The translations under genes were made by a program, and so were the position numbers. Of a stretch of 64,000 nucleotides of DNA, positions 52,164-62,333 are shown piece by piece (within the stretch, counting starts at the first letter, position 1; every line of letters begins with the position of its first letter). The notes under the pieces were generated by a model. It was not told the DNA's origin, made no database searches, and saw nothing but the letters and a program-made list of their open reading frames with translations. Source of the DNA: an uncultured Holophagales bacterium (GTDB taxonomy: Bacteria; Acidobacteriota; Thermoanaerobaculia; Multivoradales; UBA5704); assembly GCA_963842525.1 (NCBI GenBank), contig CAWJGT010000001.1, forward strand, positions 96,001-160,000, in the 5' to 3' direction.

Positions 52164-55100
52164 ATGGATTGCGCGAAGTTTGTCGCCCTCGCGTCGGTGG
52201 TCCTGGTCTTGGCCGGGCGTGCTCTTGCCGCGGTCCCGGCGGCCGGGGCCCTGTCCGCGGAACCCGCTGCCGGCAGGCAACTCCCCATGCTCGCGCAGCC
52301 GACGGTCTCTCCGGACGGCCGGCAGATCGCCTTCGCCGCCCGCGGCGACGTCTGGACCGTCTCCGCCGACGGAGGGACGGCGCGCCTGCTCGTGACGGAT
52401 CCCGCCACCGAGTCGCGCCCGCTCTGGTCGCCGGACGGCAAGCACCTGGCATTCATCTCCAACCGGACCGGCAACGGCGACGTCTACGTCTACGCGTTCG
52501 CCACCGGGGAGGTCCGGCGCCTGACCTGGGACGACGAGGTCGAGCAGCTCAATGCCTGGTCGGAGGACGGGCGCTGGATCTACTTCTTCCACAGCGGCCA
52601 GGACCTCGGCAACATGAACGACGTCTTCCGGGTGCGGCCGGAGGGCGGCACCCCGCAGGAGGTCAGCGCCGACCGTTACGTCAACGAGAGCTTCGCCACC
52701 CCCTCTCCCGACGGCCGCGCGCTCGCCGTGACAGCCCACGGCCACCCCACGAGCTGGTGGCGCCACGGGCACGCCCACATCGACGAGATGGAGATCTGGA
52801 TCGAGCGCGACGGCGCCTACCGCCGGGTGAGCGAGGGCGGTGCCAAGGAGCTGTGGCCGCTGTGGAGCCGCGACGGGCAACGCGTCTTCTTCGTGTCCGA
52901 CCGGGGCGGGGCCGAGAACCTCTGGGTCCAGGAGCTGGCGGGAAAGGCGAAGCCGCGGCCGGTGAGCCGCTTCACGGACGGCCGGTTCCTCTGGCCGGCC
53001 CTCGCGGGGGATGGCCGGGCGGTCGTCTTCCAACGCAACCTGGAGATCTGGAAGCTCGACCTGGCCAGCGGCAAGGCGGCCGAGGTCCCCATCCGTCTGG
53101 AAGGCGCCGCGGCCGGCCCGGACGTCGAGCGCGTGCGGCTGACGGACGGCTTCAGCGAGGTCCGCCTCTCGCCGGACGGCAGGAAGATGGCTGTCGTCGT
53201 CCATGGCGAGGTCTTCGCGGTCGGCGCCAAAGAAGGGGGGCTGGCGGTCCGTGTGACCGACACCCCCGCGGTCGAGCGGCAGGTCGCCTGGGCGCCGGAC
53301 AGCCGGCGGCTCGCCTATGCCTCCGAGCGCGACGGCCGCGACGGCCTCTACCTGTATGACTTCGGCACCGGCGAGGAGCGCCGGCTCACCAGCGGCACCA
53401 CGCCGGCCTTCTCGCCGGACGGCCGCTTCCTCGTTTTTCAAAACGGCCGGCACGAGCTGCGCGTCCTCGACGTGGGCTCCGGCCGCGAAAGGGTCCTCAC
53501 GCGCACCAACATGGATGGGCCGCCCTTCGCCTCCGAGCGGTCCCTGGTGTGGTCGCCCGACAGCCGGTGGATCGCGGTGCTGGAGTATGGCGACCGGATG
53601 TTCCGCAACGTCCGGCTGGTGCCGGTGGACGGCGGCGAGCCCCGGATGATCAGCTTCCTCGCCCACTTCGCCAGCCAGTCCATGTCCTGGAGCCCGGACG
53701 GGACCTTCCTCGTCTTCACCACGGGGCAGCGCATGGAAGACGGGCGGCTAGCCCGCATCGATCTCGTGCCGCGCACGCCGCGGTTCCGGGAGGATCAGTT
53801 CCGCGACCTCTTTCCGGCCGGACCCCCGCCGGTCCCGCCAACCCCTCCGGCCACCGCACCCCGGCCGGTGGAGATCGTCTTCGAGGGCATCCGCGAGCGT
53901 CTGACCATGCTGCCCGTCGGCCTCAGCATCTCGTCTCAGGCCCTGAGCCCCGACGGCCGGCAGATCGCGCTGGTGGCCGAGACCTCCGGCCTGTCCAGCA
54001 TCTTCCTCTTCGCGCTCGACGAGAGGAACGGCGAGCCGGGCCTGTCCCGCCACATGGCCGCCACCTTGTCTCCCGGCAGGAAAAACATGCTCCAGTTCTC
54101 GCCCGACGGCACCCAGCTCTACTTCCTGGACCGCGGCGCCATCAAGGTCGTATTGCTGGCGGACAGGGGAGACCCGCGCCCCTTCCAGGTGACCGCCGAG
54201 ATGGACGTCGATTTCGATCGCGAGAAGCTCGAGGTCTTCGACCAGGTCTGGCGCTACCTCGACGACCTGTTCGCCGATCCCGGCATGCACGGGGTCGACT
54301 GGAAGGCCCAGCGGGCCCGTTTCCAGCCCTATGTCGCCGCCATCCGTACGCGGGACGAGCTCCACCAGCTCCTCAACCTCATGATCGGCGAGCTGAACAC
54401 ATCCCATGCCGCGGTGCGCATGCCGCCGGTTGACACGAAGCGGACCACGGGCCACCTCGGCCTGCGTTTCGACGCCGTCGAGTACGAGGCCTTCGGCCGG
54501 CTGAAGATCCGCGAAATCGTGCCGCAGGGGCCGGCCGCGGTGACCCGGGAGGTCCGCGAGGGCGACTACCTCCTGGCCGTGGACGGCCGTGCGGTGGACG
54601 GCCGCACCAACCTGGACGCGCTCCTCGACGCCAGGATCGGCCGTCAGACACGGCTCACCGTGGCGTCCTCGCCCGACGGAGGCTCGCGGGAGGTCGATGT
54701 GCGGCCAATCGACCTGGTCGCCGAGAAGCGGCTCGCCTATCGCGCCTGGGTGGACGTCAACCGCGCCTACGTCGAGCGGACCAGCGCCGGCCGGCTTGGC
54801 TACGTCCACCTCTTCGACATGAGCCAGCCTGCGCTGGACCAGCTCCTCCTCGACCTGGACACCGACAACCATGCCCGGGAAGGCGTCGTGGTGGACATCC
54901 GCAACAACAACGGAGGATTCGTCAACGCCTATGTCATCGACATCCTGACCCGCCGCGGCTACATGTCGATGACCTACCGCGGCTTCCCCACGGCGCCGGC
55001 GCGCAGCGTCCTGGGCCAGCGCGCCCTCGAGCGTCCGACGGTGCTGCTTACCAACCGGAGCACGCTGTCCGACGGCGAGAACCTGACCGAGGGGTACCGC

Positions 55101-55391
55101 GTCCTCGGCCTGGGCAAGGTGGTCGGGGAAGCCACGGCGGGGTGGCTCATCTACACCGACAACGCTGCGCTCGTGGACGGCTCCCAGGTCCGCATCCCGT
55201 TCATCCGCATCACCGACAGCCGGGGGGAGGACCTGGAGAGGAACCCGCGGCCGGTCGACCTCCAGGTCGAGAAACCGCTCGGGGAAGGGCTCCGGGGGAA
55301 GGACTCTCAGCTCGACGCCGCGGTGCGGGAGCTGCTGGACGCTCTCACACCCCAGTCAGTGAGACCAGATACTCTGCGAACACCTCGTTGA
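52164..55391 (+). CDS. tricorn-like S41 protease
   Basis: Signal peptide, PD40 propellers, GELNTSH, PDZ, GYVHL, DIRNNNGG and SDGE. Confidence 0.92.
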   Translation: MDCAKFVALASVVLVLAGRALAAVPAAGALSAEPAAGRQLPMLAQPTVSPDGRQIAFAARGDVWTVSADGGTARLLVTDPATESRPLWSPDGKHLAFISNRTGNGDVYVYAFATGEVRRLTWDDEVEQLNAWSEDGRWIYFFHSGQDLGNMNDVFRVRPEGGTPQEVSADRYVNESFATPSPDGRALAVTAHGHPTSWWRHGHAHIDEMEIWIERDGAYRRVSEGGAKELWPLWSRDGQRVFFVSDRGGAENLWVQELAGKAKPRPVSRFTDGRFLWPALAGDGRAVVFQRNLEIWKLDLASGKAAEVPIRLEGAAAGPDVERVRLTDGFSEVRLSPDGRKMAVVVHGEVFAVGAKEGGLAVRVTDTPAVERQVAWAPDSRRLAYASERDGRDGLYLYDFGTGEERRLTSGTTPAFSPDGRFLVFQNGRHELRVLDVGSGRERVLTRTNMDGPPFASERSLVWSPDSRWIAVLEYGDRMFRNVRLVPVDGGEPRMISFLAHFASQSMSWSPDGTFLVFTTGQRMEDGRLARIDLVPRTPRFREDQFRDLFPAGPPPVPPTPPATAPRPVEIVFEGIRERLTMLPVGLSISSQALSPDGRQIALVAETSGLSSIFLFALDERNGEPGLSRHMAATLSPGRKNMLQFSPDGTQLYFLDRGAIKVVLLADRGDPRPFQVTAEMDVDFDREKLEVFDQVWRYLDDLFADPGMHGVDWKAQRARFQPYVAAIRTRDELHQLLNLMIGELNTSHAAVRMPPVDTKRTTGHLGLRFDAVEYEAFGRLKIREIVPQGPAAVTREVREGDYLLAVDGRAVDGRTNLDALLDARIGRQTRLTVASSPDGGSREVDVRPIDLVAEKRLAYRAWVDVNRAYVERTSAGRLGYVHLFDMSQPALDQLLLDLDTDNHAREGVVVDIRNNNGGFVNAYVIDILTRRGYMSMTYRGFPTAPARSVLGQRALERPTVLLTNRSTLSDGENLTEGYRVLGLGKVVGEATAGWLIYTDNAALVDGSQVRIPFIRITDSRGEDLERNPRPVDLQVEKPLGEGLRGKDSQLDAAVRELLDALTPQSVRPDTLRTPR

Positions 55392-55770
55392 AGAGGGCTC
55401 CGGGCCGGCGGCTGCGCAGCAGCGATACCGCCTGCTCGCCGCTCAGGCCGAGCTCGACGAGGATCAGGCCCGCCACCAGCGCGGAACGGTTGAATCCCAT
55501 GCCGCAGTGGGACAGCACCCGGTGCCCGCTGCGCACCATGTCGGCCCCCAGCTTGACCACGGCGCGGAGCTTGGCCAGGTCCGGCAGGTCCTCGTCGTAG
55601 ATGGGGAAATAGAGATAGAGGACATGGTTGGGCATCGTCGGCACGCCGTGGTCGAGATCCCCATCGAGGTCGATCACCACCGAGATCCCGTGGCGGTCCA
55701 CGTAGTCCCAGTCGTCGATGTGGGGAGAAAGGTAGAGGCAACCCCCTTCGTCGAGGCAGATCACGTCCAT
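55345..55770 (-). CDS. dual-specificity/tyrosine phosphatase family protein
   Basis: FPIYD acid loop and HCGMGFNRS (HCxxGxxR). Confidence 0.85.
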   Translation of the reverse strand: MDVICLDEGGCLYLSPHIDDWDYVDRHGISVVIDLDGDLDHGVPTMPNHVLYLYFPIYDEDLPDLAKLRAVVKLGADMVRSGHRVLSHCGMGFNRSALVAGLILVELGLSGEQAVSLLRSRRPGALFNEVFAEYLVSLTGV

Positions 55771-56047
55771 GGCAGCTCCTCTGTTGATCCTCCTCTCCAA
55801 ACATAGCATGGAGGAAATACAATGGTCCCCAGAGTCACCTTGACGAAGAGGTCGGATTCGATCGCGCAGGGACCCTCGGATTCCACGAGAAATCCTTTCG
55901 CACGAGGCGCGCGCCCACGAGGGCGGCAGTCTTCGTGCACCCACGGCCGGCCAGCCGGCCAATCGCAATGGATGTCCCGTACCCTGAGACCTGCCCGTCC
56001 CGAGGCGCGGCGGCAATGTAAGGCGTTAAGTAGACGGTTCCAGGCCT

Positions 56048-56812
56048 CTACCGGTGCTTCCACACCGACGGCCGCTTTTCCAGGAAGGCCTGGAGACCCT
56101 CCTGCATGTCTTCGGTGCGGCAGAGATCTTCGAGATAGAGCCGCTCGGTCTCGTCGAGCGCCGCGGAGAAATTGCGGTCGCGGCCGGCTCGCACGGCGGC
56201 TTTGATGAGGCGGGTGACGGCGGCGCTCTGGCTCGTCACCTCCGCGGCGAAGACGGCGACGGCGTCGTCCAGGGTCCCCGAGGGCACGCGGCGGGTGACC
56301 AGGCCCATCTGGTCGGCCTCTTCGCAGGTCAGGGTGCGGCCGGTGACGAGCAGGTCGAGGGTGCGGCCGGCGCCGAGAAGCTTGGGATAGAGGGCCGCGG
56401 CGACTGGGGGATAGCAGCCGAGCTGCACCTCGGGCTGGCCGAAGCGGGAGTCGTCGGTGGCGATCACCAGATCGCAGGCCAGGGCGACTTCCATGCCGCC
56501 CCCCAGGCAGTGGCCGTGGACGGCGGCGACCGTCAGCGCGGAGAGATCGCGGAGCCGGCGGACGGCGCTATGGATGGCGGTCAGCATCGGGCCGACCTTG
56601 TCGAGGGTGTGGTCCTGGACCGAGACGCCGGCCGAGAAGGCTCGGTCGCCGGCGCCGCGGACGAAGACGAGCTGGAGGCCTTCGTCCATGGCGAGGCCGG
56701 CGAGGGTCTCCGCCAGCAGGGTCAGGGCCGGGATGTCGAGGATGTTGAGCGGCGGGCGGTTCAGGGTGACGGTCGCGACCCGTCCCTCCCGCTGACAGAG
56801 GACGGCGCTCAT
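56048..56812 (-). CDS. enoyl-CoA hydratase/isomerase
   Basis: NRPPLNIL, AFSAG, GHCLGGGME, FGQPE and EGLQAFLEKR. Confidence 0.9.
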   Translation of the reverse strand: MSAVLCQREGRVATVTLNRPPLNILDIPALTLLAETLAGLAMDEGLQLVFVRGAGDRAFSAGVSVQDHTLDKVGPMLTAIHSAVRRLRDLSALTVAAVHGHCLGGGMEVALACDLVIATDDSRFGQPEVQLGCYPPVAAALYPKLLGAGRTLDLLVTGRTLTCEEADQMGLVTRRVPSGTLDDAVAVFAAEVTSQSAAVTRLIKAAVRAGRDRNFSAALDETERLYLEDLCRTEDMQEGLQAFLEKRPSVWKHR

Positions 56813-57531
56813 TCCGCCTTCCTGGTCTCCACGGCGCGGGCGAACTCCTCCCAGAGCGCGCGCTGCTGGGGATCGGCGATCAGGTTCTCGGGGTGCCACT
56901 GCACGCCTCGCACCCACCAGTCTTTGTTGCCATCGAGCTCGACGGCCTCGATCAGACCGTCAGCCGAGCGGGCCACGGGGACCAGGCCGTCTCCCAACTC
57001 CTTGATCGCCTGGTGGTGACGGCTGTTGACGGAGGCGGGCTGGCGCGTGAGGACCTTGCCGGTCGGCGTATCGGGCCGCAGCACCTCGAGGGGATGGGCG
57101 ATGGCGTCCTTGGGCTCGTCGATGCTGTGCGGGATGCCGCTCGGCCTCTGCGTGGGGAGGTTCTGCCAGAGGGAGCCGCCCAGGTAGACGTTCAGGAGCT
57201 GGACGCCGCGGCAGATGGCCCAGACGGGAAGCTCTGCCGTGCGGGCCTCGTCCATGAGCCGCCACTCCAGCTCGTCCCGTTCCAGGGAGATCTCGACCTC
57301 GGCGTCCGGCAGAGTCTCCTCGCCGTAGCGCTCCGGGGCCACGTCGATGCCGCCGCAGAGGACGAGCCCGGCGGCCTCCTTGGCCAGCTCGGGCACGGCG
57401 TCCCGCTCGTCGGGCTCCACGATCCGGATGTCGCCCGCCGGGATGCCGACCGCCTTCAGGGCCTCGACATAGGCCTGGGCTTTCTCTTCCGACGAGGTCG
57501 AGACCAGGACGTTCTTTCTCTCTCGCTTCAC
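56809..57531 (-). CDS. gamma-glutamyl-gamma-aminobutyrate hydrolase-like glutamine amidotransferase (peptidase C26)
   Basis: LCGGIDV, AICRGVQ, VNSRHHQ and GVQWHPE. Confidence 0.9.
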   Translation of the reverse strand: MKRERKNVLVSTSSEEKAQAYVEALKAVGIPAGDIRIVEPDERDAVPELAKEAAGLVLCGGIDVAPERYGEETLPDAEVEISLERDELEWRLMDEARTAELPVWAICRGVQLLNVYLGGSLWQNLPTQRPSGIPHSIDEPKDAIAHPLEVLRPDTPTGKVLTRQPASVNSRHHQAIKELGDGLVPVARSADGLIEAVELDGNKDWWVRGVQWHPENLIADPQQRALWEEFARAVETRKAE

Positions 57532-58718
57532 GCCGCCTCTCTTTCCACAAGCGCTGCGACGCCCATGCCGCCGGAGACGCAGAGCGTGGCGATGCCGCGC
57601 TGGAGCCCGCGGGCTTCCATGCCGTGGAGGAGGGTGACCAGGATGCGGGTGCCGGTGCAGCCGATGGGGTGGCCCAAGGCGATGGCGCCGCCGTCGGGGT
57701 TGACCCGCGTGCCGTCGGTTTCCAGCCCCTTGAGGCAGGCGAGCACCTGGCAGGCGAAGGCTTCGTTGAGCTCGATCTCGTCGACGTCCTGGAGCGACAG
57801 GCCGGTGCGCTGGAGGAGCTTCTGCATCGCCGGCACCGGGCCGATCCCCATGATGCGAGGCTCGACGCCCACGACCTGCCAGTCCACCAGGCGGGCGACG
57901 ATGGGCAGGCCGAGCTCGCGGGCGGCCTGGCGTGAGGTGACCAGAATTGCCGCGGCGCCGTCGGTGATGCCCGAGGCGTTGCCGGCGGTGACCCGGCCCC
58001 CTTCGCGGAAGACGGGTGCCATCTTGGCCAGGGAGGGAAGGGTCACGCCGTCGCGCGGGTGCTCGTCCGTGGCGATCTCGGTGTCTCCCTTTTTGCCGGG
58101 AAACCGGACCGGCACAATTTCGGCCTGAAAGCGGCCGGCGGTGCGCGCCCGCTCGCAGCGGAGCTGGCTCTCCAGGGCCCAGGCGTCGGACGCTTCGCGG
58201 TCGATGCCGCATTCGAGGGCCAGCTCCTCGGCGGTCTCGCCCATTACCAGCTCCGAGAGCGGATCGTTGAAGCCGTCCTTGTACATGCCGTCCACGATCT
58301 CGGCGTGTCCCAGACGGTAGCCGGACCGTGCGCGGGGGAGGAGGTAGGGAGTGTTGGACATGCTCTCCGTGCCGCCCGCCAGGATCACCCGGGCCTCGCC
58401 GGTCTTGATCGTGCGGGCGGCGGACAGCACCGCCTGGAGCCCCGAAGCGCAGGCCTGGTTGACCGTGAAGGCCGGCCGGTCGACCGGCACGCCGGTCCGG
58501 TAGGAGATCTGGCGGGCGGTGTTCGGTCCGCCGCCGGCCTGGCGGGCATGGCCGAAGATGACCTGGTCGACCTCTTTGGGGTCGCAGCCCGCCCGTTCAA
58601 GGCTGGCCTTGGCCGCCGCCGTGCCCAGGTCGGCCGGCGACAGGGACGACAGGGCGCCAAGGAATTTGCCGATTGGCGTCCGCACCGGGGCGGCGAGAAC
58701 GATGTCACCTTCCCACAT
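57528..58718 (-). CDS. acetyl-CoA C-acyltransferase (thiolase)
   Basis: RTPIG, NQACASG, TAGNASGITDGA, ELNEAF, GGAIALGHPIG and CVSGGMG. Confidence 0.93.
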   Translation of the reverse strand: MWEGDIVLAAPVRTPIGKFLGALSSLSPADLGTAAAKASLERAGCDPKEVDQVIFGHARQAGGGPNTARQISYRTGVPVDRPAFTVNQACASGLQAVLSAARTIKTGEARVILAGGTESMSNTPYLLPRARSGYRLGHAEIVDGMYKDGFNDPLSELVMGETAEELALECGIDREASDAWALESQLRCERARTAGRFQAEIVPVRFPGKKGDTEIATDEHPRDGVTLPSLAKMAPVFREGGRVTAGNASGITDGAAAILVTSRQAARELGLPIVARLVDWQVVGVEPRIMGIGPVPAMQKLLQRTGLSLQDVDEIELNEAFACQVLACLKGLETDGTRVNPDGGAIALGHPIGCTGTRILVTLLHGMEARGLQRGIATLCVSGGMGVAALVEREAA

Positions 58719-60186
58719 AAACCGTCTTCACCTCGGTGTACGCCTCCAGCGCCTCGCGGCCGAGCTCACGGCCGAAGCCGCTCTGCTTGTAGCCGCCGAA
58801 GGGGGCTGCGGTGTCGTACCAGTTGTATTGATTGATCCAGACGGTGCCGGCCTGGAGCTGGCGCGCGACCTGGTGGGCCTTGCCCACGTCGCGGGTCCAG
58901 ACCCCGGCAGCAAGCCCATAAATCGAGGCGTTCGCCAGCTCGACCGCCTCGCGGGGGTCCGCAAAGGGGATCACCGCCAGGACCGGGCCGAAAATCTCCT
59001 CGCGGGCGATCACCATGTCGTTGGACACGCCGCCGAGGATCGTCGGCTGCAGGAAGTATCCCTTGCCATTGAGGCCGACCGGCTCGCCGCCGTGGATCAC
59101 CTGCGCCCCCTCCCGCTTCCCCTCGTCGATGTAACGCAGGACCCCATCCCGCTGCTTCCGCGAGACCAGGGCGCCGAGGCGGGTTTTCGGGTCGAGCGGG
59201 TCGCCCGGGGCGAGCCGTTTCGTGCGCGCCAGGAGCTTGTCCATCAGCTCGTCGTGGACCTTCTTCTCGACGAAGAGGCGGGAGCCCGCGGCGCAGACCT
59301 CACCCTTGCCGTAGAAGATGCCGGTGTAGGCGCCCTTGGCCGCGGCTTCGAGGTCGGCGTCCGCGAAAACGATGTTCGGCGACTTGCCGCCCAGCTCCAG
59401 GGTGACCCTTTTGATCGTGTCGGCCGCGCCGCGCATGATGTCGCGGCCCACCTCTGTCGAGCCGGTGAAGGAGATCTTCGCAACCCCTGGGTGGTGCACC
59501 AGGGCATCGCCGACCTCGGCGCCTCCGCCCGGCAGGACGTTCAGCACCCCCGGCGGCAGCCCGGCCTCGGCGGCCAGCTCGGCGAACTTGAGCGCCGAGA
59601 GCGGCGTGTAGGACGCCGGCTTGTGGACAACCGTATTGCCGCAGGCCAGGGCCGGCGCGATCTTCCACAGCGCCTGGATGAGCGGGAAGTTCCACGGGGT
59701 GATGGCGCCGATCACGCCGACGGGCTCGCGCAGGGTGTAGGCGAGGACGAAGGGGCCGGAAACCGGCAGCGTGTCGCCCGTGACCTTGTCGGCCCAGCCG
59801 GCGTAATAGCGCAGCGCCTCGACCGCGGCCGGGACGTCGACGTAGCGCGACTCGAAGATCGGCTTGCCGTTGTCGAGCGTCTCCAGGCGGGCGAATTCGT
59901 CGATCCGCTCCTCCAGGAGATCGGCGATCTTCCACAGCAGTCGGCCACGGTCGCGCGGGGTAAGACGGGTCCCCCAGTCCCCCTGGAGCGCTTCGCGGGC
60001 AGCCTGGACCGCCCGGTCCACGTCCGCCGCGCCGGCCGAGGCGACCTCGCAGAGCGGCTCCTCGGTGGCCGGGTTCTCGGAGACGAAGAACCGTCCCCCT
60101 TCCGGCTCCACCCACTGGCCGCCGATCCACAGCTTGCGCGGCGGGAATTCCACCCGCGCCTGCGCGGTCGCCTCGACGAGAGTCAT
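58705..60186 (-). CDS. aldehyde dehydrogenase
   Basis: [34 protein letters not shown] and PFGGYKQSG. Confidence 0.95.
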   Translation of the reverse strand: MTLVEATAQARVEFPPRKLWIGGQWVEPEGGRFFVSENPATEEPLCEVASAGAADVDRAVQAAREALQGDWGTRLTPRDRGRLLWKIADLLEERIDEFARLETLDNGKPIFESRYVDVPAAVEALRYYAGWADKVTGDTLPVSGPFVLAYTLREPVGVIGAITPWNFPLIQALWKIAPALACGNTVVHKPASYTPLSALKFAELAAEAGLPPGVLNVLPGGGAEVGDALVHHPGVAKISFTGSTEVGRDIMRGAADTIKRVTLELGGKSPNIVFADADLEAAAKGAYTGIFYGKGEVCAAGSRLFVEKKVHDELMDKLLARTKRLAPGDPLDPKTRLGALVSRKQRDGVLRYIDEGKREGAQVIHGGEPVGLNGKGYFLQPTILGGVSNDMVIAREEIFGPVLAVIPFADPREAVELANASIYGLAAGVWTRDVGKAHQVARQLQAGTVWINQYNWYDTAAPFGGYKQSGFGRELGREALEAYTEVKTVYVGR

Positions 60187-60187
60187 C

Positions 60188-61006
60188 TCAGACCCCCTTG
60201 AACTCGGGCTTGCGCTTGGTCACATAGGCGTCGAGGCCTTCGCGGGCGTCCTGGCTCTCGAAGAGCTGCTGCTGCAGCTCGCGCTCGATGGCGAGGCCGC
60301 TCTCGAACGGCACCTCGGCGCCGGACTGGACGGACCGCTTGATCCGGCCGACCGCCTTGGAGGCCCGGTTCGGCGGGCAGAACTGGCGGGCGAACTCGTG
60401 GACGTGGCCCGCGAAGTCGTCGCCCTCGTAGATGTAGTTGACGATGCCCAACTGCTGGGCTTCCTCGAAGTCGATCAGCCGGCCGGTGACCATGAGGTCG
60501 ATCGCCCGGTTCTTGCCGATGCGCCGGGCCAGGCGCTGGGTGCCGCCGGTGCCGGGGAGCACGCCGAGATTGACCTCGGGCAGGCCGACCTTGCCGGAGC
60601 CCTTCTTGGCGATGAGAAGGTCGGCCGCCATCGCGATCTCCAGGCCGCCGCCGACGGTATGCCCTTCGAGCGCCGCAAGGACCAGCTTGGGCGTCTGCTC
60701 CAGCCGGTTGAGCGTCTCGTTGGCGTGCAGGCAGAAGTTGTACTTGAAGTAGGGGTCCGACCCCTTGAGCATGTTGATGTTGGCGCCGGCGCAGAAGAAC
60801 TTCTCGCCCTTGCCCGAAAGAACGATGACGTGGACCTCGCGGTCGAAGCGCGCCTGGACGATGGCCGCGTCGAGCTGGCGCATCATTTCGTGGGTGTAGG
60901 TGTTGGCCGGCGGGTCGTCGAGGGTGATGTATCCCACCCCCTCCCGCACCTCCAAGTGGATCAGCGTGCGCTCGGCGGCGGCGGTTTCCGCTGCGATGGT
61001 AGCCAT
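60188..61006 (-). CDS. enoyl-CoA hydratase/isomerase
   Basis: DPPANTY, FFCAGANI, GHTVGGGLE and GLPEVNLGVLPGTGGTQRL. Confidence 0.92.
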   Translation of the reverse strand: MATIAAETAAAERTLIHLEVREGVGYITLDDPPANTYTHEMMRQLDAAIVQARFDREVHVIVLSGKGEKFFCAGANINMLKGSDPYFKYNFCLHANETLNRLEQTPKLVLAALEGHTVGGGLEIAMAADLLIAKKGSGKVGLPEVNLGVLPGTGGTQRLARRIGKNRAIDLMVTGRLIDFEEAQQLGIVNYIYEGDDFAGHVHEFARQFCPPNRASKAVGRIKRSVQSGAEVPFESGLAIERELQQQLFESQDAREGLDAYVTKRKPEFKGV

Positions 61007-61108
61007 ATCTTCTCTCCTCCCGTGGTTTTGAGGGTGATCCCGGACGGTTCCGTCCGGCAAGATCTGCGCCGCGTATTGTCACACGAGCGCACCGGGGCGT
61101 CCACCCGG

Positions 61109-61182
61109 GCCCCTCCCCGTCCCTCCCCCGCGCGTCCACCAGCCACCCACCCCGAGCGGGAGAGGGGGTAGGGGGAGAGGGC
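61109..61182. repeat. single REP-like hairpin of the CCCTC(A/T)CCCCCT..CCCCCTCTCCC family
   Basis: Reverse complement reads ccctctccccctaccccctctccc...gggggagggacggggaggg. Confidence 0.6.
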
Positions 61183-61197
61183 TCGTTACGATGCGCC

Positions 61198-61578
61198 TTA
61201 CAGCTTCTGTGCACCCGCCAACTTGCTGAGATCGCCGTCGAAGGTGCCGAGAGGCAGATGTCCAGCTTTGCGAGCCACTTCCAGAATGAGGCAGTCCGAA
61301 AAGCCCAAGGCTGGGCGATTGCGGAGGTGCTGGAGAGCGGCTGCGACGACATCCGACTCCTGGATCATCAGATCCTGATGGTTGAGCAGGATCTCGACGG
61401 CTGTAGCGATCTCGGAGGGACCCTGGCCGTAGACCGCGCGGAGGACCCACAGGGTCTCGACGAGGACGATGTGCGACACCCAGGCCCCTTTGGCGACGAA
61501 CTCCTCGGCGGAGGCAACTTGCGCGGGGTCGTCTCGGACGGTCAACCTGATCAGGACGTTGGTATCAACGGCGCGCAT
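61198..61578 (-). CDS. vapC: PIN-domain toxin VapC
   Basis: AVDTNVLIR, VETLWVL, FSDCLI and TFD. Confidence 0.9.
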   Translation of the reverse strand: MRAVDTNVLIRLTVRDDPAQVASAEEFVAKGAWVSHIVLVETLWVLRAVYGQGPSEIATAVEILLNHQDLMIQESDVVAAALQHLRNRPALGFSDCLILEVARKAGHLPLGTFDGDLSKLAGAQKL

Positions 61579-61825
61579 GGCGCCTCTTGACATACTCCTC
61601 AATCCCTTCCTTCATCTCCTCCAACGACAGGGGTTTGGGAGGTTCCGGGAACAAGGCCCGGTGCAAATCTTCCGAGGTGTAACGGCCGGCTCGGCGGACG
61701 ACGATGTCGTCTCCTTGCTCCTCCCATTCGAGGATGGAGCCCGGGCTCAAGCCCAGCCTGCGACGGACCTCGGCGGGCACGGAAATCTGGCCTTGGGCGG
61801 TCAACTTGGATTGTGCGAGCGCCAT
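61565..61825 (-). CDS. AbrB/MazE-type antitoxin (VapB)
   Basis: SKLTAQGQISVPAEVRRRLGLSPG; overlaps vapC. Confidence 0.9.
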   Translation of the reverse strand: MALAQSKLTAQGQISVPAEVRRRLGLSPGSILEWEEQGDDIVVRRAGRYTSEDLHRALFPEPPKPLSLEEMKEGIEEYVKRRHARR

Positions 61826-61955
61826 GGCGTCTATAGTACCACGGTAAGGAAGGGCCCGCCCACCCGTGGACGCGGCGAGCCTGTTGGGCTATGATTGAAA
61901 CGAAATTTCTGAAGAGTCTCCCCAAGGCGTATCTCATTGAGGAGAGGGCATAGCG

Positions 61956-62282
61956 ATGGCACAGCGAACAACAAACGGCCCGCGCATATTACCTCCCCCT
62001 CCTCCTGTGCGGCCCCGGGCTGCTGTTCCGCAGACGGTCCGACCCAAACCGGCGCACGCCGGAGCGCCGCAGGCACGCGTGGCGCCAACAGTGGCGAACG
62101 TCCCCAAGCCGAAGGTTGGTGGATCTGGGCAGGTGGCGGCCCCAGTCAACGCACAAGGCGCAGTACAGGCAGCAGGCCTCAGGCGCTTGACAGGCATTTC
62201 CGCAAGCGAGGCTCTCAGAAGGATTGCGGCGGAGGTGACAGCCACCGGAAACCCTGACCTTGCCGGGCAGAACCGTATTTAG
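61956..62282 (+). CDS. Pro/Ala-rich hypothetical protein, possibly truncated
   Basis: GGAG/GAGG RBS and a 108-aa ORF that stops right at the end of the downstream mobile gene. Confidence 0.4.
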   Translation: MAQRTTNGPRILPPPPPVRPRAAVPQTVRPKPAHAGAPQARVAPTVANVPKPKVGGSGQVAAPVNAQGAVQAAGLRRLTGISASEALRRIAAEVTATGNPDLAGQNRI

Positions 62283-62333
62283 TCCCTTACCAGTGAGATC
62301 TTCGCCAAACTGGTAGCGATTGTACGTCACTTT

